From the IMG/VR virus record IMGVR_UViG_3300029305_005387: a stretch of 64,000 nt of DNA. One strand, given 5' to 3'. The DNA comes from a virus (lineage: Duplodnaviria; Caudoviricetes). Shown here in pieces: positions 60,522 to 64,000 of the stretch; the first letter of the stretch is position 1, and each line of letters starts with the position of its first letter. Below the pieces are notes generated by a model, which was not told where the DNA came from, did no database searches, and worked only from the letters and a program-made list of their open reading frames with translations. Made by a program: the position numbers and the translations under genes.

Positions 60522-60780
60522 CTAATGCTTTCTTGAGTGCTTCCGTAGTATCTTTAATCTTATCTGCATTCATTAACATGTGAACTATATTCGCTACTTC
60601 AGCATCAATTTTCTTTTTACATTCTTCTGAATCACAAGCGTTTGTATAATTCTTTCCTGTCATTATATCATTTGGAATTGCAAATTTATTATTACAAAAT
60701 CTACATGATTTAATAGTAACATTCTCCGGAATTTCTTTTCCTTCTTCTAATATGTACATATGTGGAATTAACATATTCAA
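60514..60780 (-). CDS. Small Zn-ribbon protein, paralog of 63767-63985
   Basis: CRFC...C....C; ends LKKALGE. Confidence 0.6.
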   Translation of the reverse strand: MNMLIPHMYILEEGKEIPENVTIKSCRFCNNKFAIPNDIMTGKNYTNACDSEECKKKIDAEVANIVHMLMNADKIKDTTEALKKALGE

Positions 60781-60911
60781 TCACCTCTTTCTTCTATAGA
60801 ATATATCATAATTATTTATTTAAAAGAGAGACGGAAAATATTAAATAATTTTAATCGAACGCACCAACTCAATATTTATTGGGGTTTCCCAATAGGGATT
60901 TGTGGTACGAG

Positions 60912-61025
60912 AGGTTTGCCCTGTTCGGCGGTAATTCGAACAATGGTTCTAATTGCGGTGCGTTCGCGTGCAACTTGAACAATCTGGTTTCGAACTCGAA
61001 CTGGAACAACGGGGCTTCCGTCTCT
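60912..61025 (+). repeat. DGR template repeat (TR)
   Basis: Non-coding, AAC/AAT-rich (11 AAY codons in the target frame), immediately upstream of the RT; matches the VR except at adenines. Confidence 0.95.
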
Positions 61026-61210
61026 CTTTTATCCGTAAAATCGGGGATTTAAAATTTTTAATGTATCGCCTATTCCTGACCTCATGGTCGAAATTTGCCC
61101 CAGCTTCGTCAATTCGTTAGTAGCCCGTCGAAAGCGAATGAAGGGGATAAAAGAAGGGTTAAAAATAACGGGCTATATTTGTATTTAAGGAATCGAGGTT
61201 ACTTTGTAAC
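61026..61210 (+). ncRNA. DGR spacer RNA between TR and RT
   Basis: GC-enriched, with stems such as TAGCCCGT (61121-61128)/ACGGGCTA (61168-61175). Confidence 0.55.
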
Positions 61211-62311
61211 ATGAAATCATATGGTTATCTCTGGGAGAAATTCATTTCTAAAGACAATATAAGATTATGTATAAAGCGTGCTGCCATTGGTAAAAAGAAA
61301 CGAAAATCAGTTAAACGTGTCATGGAGAATATCGACAAGTTCGTCGATATAATCCATGATTACGCACTGAATTTCAAAAATTGTTCACATGAAGAAATTA
61401 AAATATTAGATGGTAATTCTGGTAAAGAAAGGCTTATAATAGTTCCTAGATTTAAGGAACACGTAATACATCATATGGTCGTTGAAGTAATGACCGAAAT
61501 ATTCACGAAGGGTATGTATAAGCACACATACTCTTCGATTCCTGGACGAGGCTTACATAAAGCCATGAAAAAGATGAAAGCATGGATCAAGAAAGATCCA
61601 AAGAATGTGAAATACTGTTTAAAATTAGACATCAAAAAATTCTTTAATTCAATTAATCATGATATACTCAAAGAAAAACTTCATAAAACTATACGAGATA
61701 AACGATTTTTAAAAGTTGTAGATGAAATTATAGATGCTTCCGATAATGGAATACCTTTAGGATTTTATACGTCACATTGGTTTGCAAATTGGTTATTACA
61801 ACCATTAGATCACTTCATTAAAGAAGTTTTAAAAGTAAAATATTATGTAAGATACATGGATGATATGGTCTTGTTTGGATCCAATAAGAAGAAACTTCAT
61901 AAAGCTAAAGAAGCAATTGAAAACTTTTTACGAGATAAACTCAAACTTAAATTGAAAGAAAATTGGCAATTATTTAGATTTGATTATATTAAGAATGGTA
62001 AACATAAGGGTAGAGCCCTTGATTTCGTTGGATTTAAATTCTATAGAGATAAAATCACTTTACGTAAAAATATAATGTTAAGATTAACACGAAAAGCTAA
62101 GAAGATAGAAAAGAAAGGTAAGTTCACAATTCATGATGCAAGACAACTAATGGCTTGGTTAGGATGGATAGATTGGACTGACACTTACAACGTATATAAG
62201 AAATACATAGCTCCTTATATAAACTTCAAGAAATGTAGGAAGCGTATTTCACAATATGATAAGAAGCACTCAGAAATGCTCAAAATTCTAGAATTAAAGG
62301 AGGCAGCATAA
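61211..62311 (+). CDS. DGR reverse transcriptase
   Basis: 366 aa; GKER.I..P.F, Y.SIPGRG.H, LKLDIKKFF.SI.H, GIPLGFYTSHWFAN, YVRYMDD, DFVG; no maturase or endonuclease domain. Confidence 0.95.
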   Translation: MKSYGYLWEKFISKDNIRLCIKRAAIGKKKRKSVKRVMENIDKFVDIIHDYALNFKNCSHEEIKILDGNSGKERLIIVPRFKEHVIHHMVVEVMTEIFTKGMYKHTYSSIPGRGLHKAMKKMKAWIKKDPKNVKYCLKLDIKKFFNSINHDILKEKLHKTIRDKRFLKVVDEIIDASDNGIPLGFYTSHWFANWLLQPLDHFIKEVLKVKYYVRYMDDMVLFGSNKKKLHKAKEAIENFLRDKLKLKLKENWQLFRFDYIKNGKHKGRALDFVGFKFYRDKITLRKNIMLRLTRKAKKIEKKGKFTIHDARQLMAWLGWIDWTDTYNVYKKYIAPYINFKKCRKRISQYDKKHSEMLKILELKEAA

Positions 62312-62313
62312 CT

Positions 62314-62637
62314 ATGGAAGTAAAATTCAAAACAAGTCGTTCTAGCATTCGACCTGAATTGCTAGACAAAACTAGTTCCAAAACTCAGGTATTCGTTCGT
62401 CAGAACATCAAAGAAGTTATGGAAAAAGATCAGGAAGGTAATGACGTTACTACATTCGAGTTTGAGGAAGCTAGACTTTCTAAACAGGAATATGCTCTTT
62501 ATGTAGTAGCTAATGCCCTTCAGGATGCCGACGTTGAAGTTCAGTTGGCATTAGCAGAACTTGCTGAGATGGTTGACGCAAGCAATACTAATATGGAACT
62601 TGCTCTTGCAGAACTTGCTGAAGCAATGATGGCTTAA
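62314..62637 (+). CDS. Hypothetical tail-associated protein (XkdW-like position, upstream of a CD1375-type gene)
   Basis: 107 aa, duplicated LALAELAE C-terminal motif, GGAGG RBS. Confidence 0.55.
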   Translation: MEVKFKTSRSSIRPELLDKTSSKTQVFVRQNIKEVMEKDQEGNDVTTFEFEEARLSKQEYALYVVANALQDADVEVQLALAELAEMVDASNTNMELALAELAEAMMA

Positions 62638-62680
62638 TCCATGTAAAATGAAAATTATTTTTTGAAAGGAGATCAATGTT

Positions 62681-62791
62681 ATGGCTAAAGTATATTACAA
62701 TCTTATCAAGAAGGGTCTTAGAACTATTGATGAAGTACCTGCAGCTTGGCGTGCAGCTGTAGAAGAGATGCTTGCTGCTGATGCAGAATAA
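62681..62791 (+). CDS. CD1375-family small protein
   Basis: Not in the track. MAKVYYNLIKKGLRTIDEVPAAWRAAVEEMLAADAE with AAAGGAG RBS. Confidence 0.75.
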   Translation: MAKVYYNLIKKGLRTIDEVPAAWRAAVEEMLAADAE

Positions 62792-62814
62792 TTAAACATT
62801 AAGGAGGGATTGTT

Positions 62815-63051
62815 ATGCAATGTCCGAGATGTTTTAAAGATAACGTCTCCGCTGTAGGTGATACACATTATATATGTAACGATCCCAACTGCGTTGATGA
62901 TTCTGGAAAAAGAACTCAGTTCAAATTTGTTGAAGATGAAAAAGTTCATTTTCCGTATAATCAAATATTTATTACACGGAAAAAAAGTGAATTCTATCGT
63001 AAACCATATTTGAAACTTAGTCGAGTAGGTGTAACATCTGTAACAAAATAA
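62815..63051 (+). CDS. Small Zn-finger protein
   Basis: CPRC...C....C, AGGAGG RBS. Confidence 0.6.
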   Translation: MQCPRCFKDNVSAVGDTHYICNDPNCVDDSGKRTQFKFVEDEKVHFPYNQIFITRKKSEFYRKPYLKLSRVGVTSVTK

Positions 63052-63086
63052 AAAATAGAGGAAGGGAGTGATCCCTTCCTCTTATA

Positions 63087-63200
63087 TCATTTCTTCTTAT
63101 ACTTATTTAAAATTTTCTTTAAAAACTTTTCAGCTTTATTTTCTTCATTCTTACGTGGTTCATGTTTATAGTTATCATCTTTTTTATTCTGTTTAATCAT
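63087..63200 (-). CDS. Small basic 37-aa protein
   Basis: Not in the track. AAGGAGGTG RBS, early-type motif at 63224-63232, terminator at 63057-63082. Confidence 0.45.
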   Translation of the reverse strand: MIKQNKKDDNYKHEPRKNEENKAEKFLKKILNKYKKK

Positions 63201-63276
63201 ATTATATTCACCTCCTTTATTTCATAATATATAATTCATGACTTTAATATAATCTTAATAGAAAGGGTGATGTTTT

Positions 63277-63708
63277 ATGTCAGTAGTAAATTTCATTATT
63301 CAGAACATTGATAACATTGTTTTAGTAGCTGCTTTAATCATTGCAATTTTATTTATGGTTAAACGTGGAGAAACTGCTAAATTGAAGGAAATTCTTTTTG
63401 GTTTGGTTACTGAAGCAGAACAGCAGTATGGTGATGGAACTGGAGTTCTTAAATACTCTGCCGTTGCAGGTTGGATTTACGAACGAATTCCTACATGTAT
63501 TCAATTCTTATTTACAGCTAAAGATATTGAGAAAATGATTGAGGCTGTATTATCAGAGGCTAAAGAGAAATGGTCTAAAAATGATAGTATTAAATATTAC
63601 ATTGAAAATCCATCTGCTATTGTAAGTTCTAAAGAAATTAAAGATGCTGTAACTAAAATTGCTGAAACTGCAATTGACAATGTTAAGAATGCAGAGATAA
63701 CTGAATAA
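63277..63708 (+). CDS. Putative holin (LL-H-like)
   Basis: N-terminal TM helix, then VTEAEQQYGDGTG.LK...V and IE..IEAV motifs. Confidence 0.6.
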   Translation: MSVVNFIIQNIDNIVLVAALIIAILFMVKRGETAKLKEILFGLVTEAEQQYGDGTGVLKYSAVAGWIYERIPTCIQFLFTAKDIEKMIEAVLSEAKEKWSKNDSIKYYIENPSAIVSSKEIKDAVTKIAETAIDNVKNAEITE

Positions 63709-63766
63709 AAAAGAAAGGGTGGGAGGAACATTCCTCCCACCCTTTACTGCTAATCACTGGCTGATA

Positions 63767-63985
63767 TTATTCACCGAGAGCTTTCTTTAATTCGTCACTC
63801 TGATTAGTCTTCATATCTACGGCTGCGGAAGCAATATCATTGTTCATATTGATACAATCAGGACATGTGAAATTTTCCACATCGGTTTCCTCAGTAACTA
63901 CATAAACCTTATTACAATTTTTACATGTAGCTTTTTTCTGCCCTTCTGCGAGTTCCATTCCTTCGTTAAATAAAATTGGTGTCAT
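63767..63985 (-). CDS. Small Zn-ribbon protein, paralog of 60514-60780
   Basis: CKNC...CPDC; ends LKKALGE. Confidence 0.6.
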   Translation of the reverse strand: MTPILFNEGMELAEGQKKATCKNCNKVYVVTEETDVENFTCPDCINMNNDIASAAVDMKTNQSDELKKALGE

Positions 63986-64000
63986 GTTAATTTTCCTCCT

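Noticed and set aside
60821-60865. Leader segments as a remnant second VR or inversion breakpoint repeat
   Set aside because: The 16-mer matches the TR-specific flank (CTTTTA), not the VR flank (TGTAAA), and the spacing between the two blocks differs from that in the VR; RNA pairing explains it better.
61211-62311. RT as a group II intron, retron or Abi RT
   Set aside because: No maturase domain or intron domain V, no retron VTG motif; the adjacent TR with A-specific VR mismatches identifies a DGR.
62314-62637. ORF after the RT as Avd
   Set aside because: It is acidic, with a beta-type N-terminus and a LALAELAE tail, and precedes a CD1375-type gene; Avd is a basic four-helix bundle. Not excluded as a novel accessory factor.

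Overview
AT-rich (about 30% GC by eye), gene-dense segment of a jumbo bacteriophage of the phiKZ/AR9/PBS1 type. Strong GGAGG ribosome-binding sites and a CD1375-type gene suggest a Firmicute host (inference). The window encodes four split multisubunit RNA polymerase fragments (probably parts of a virion and a non-virion enzyme), a putative promoter-specificity subunit, a family-B DNA polymerase, GyrA, LigA, an SbcC-like ATPase, PPK1, baseplate and virion proteins, and three tRNAs. Highlights: (1) a diversity-generating retroelement (TR 60912-61025, RT 61211-62311) whose VR (51912-52025, 13 mismatches, all at TR adenines) lies in a tail-fibre/C-type-lectin gene about 9 kb away on the opposite strand; no avd is visible and a 5' leader is complementary to the TR itself; (2) two sibling group I introns, one with an HNH gene in its P1 loop and one that appears to use a C-A pair instead of the usual U-G at the 5' splice site; (3) three unannotated structured RNAs interleaved with the tRNAs: a kissing-loop RNA with an anticodon-like arm, a circularly permuted tRNA mimic (YrlA/Y-RNA-like), and a ~245-nt multi-hairpin RNA; (4) a stand-alone, apparently inactive Hint/intein-fold protein; (5) recurrent candidate early (ATATATTHT) and late (AAC[AT]-N6-TAA-like) promoter motifs. 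All calls were made by eye from motifs and base pairing; no database searches were run.
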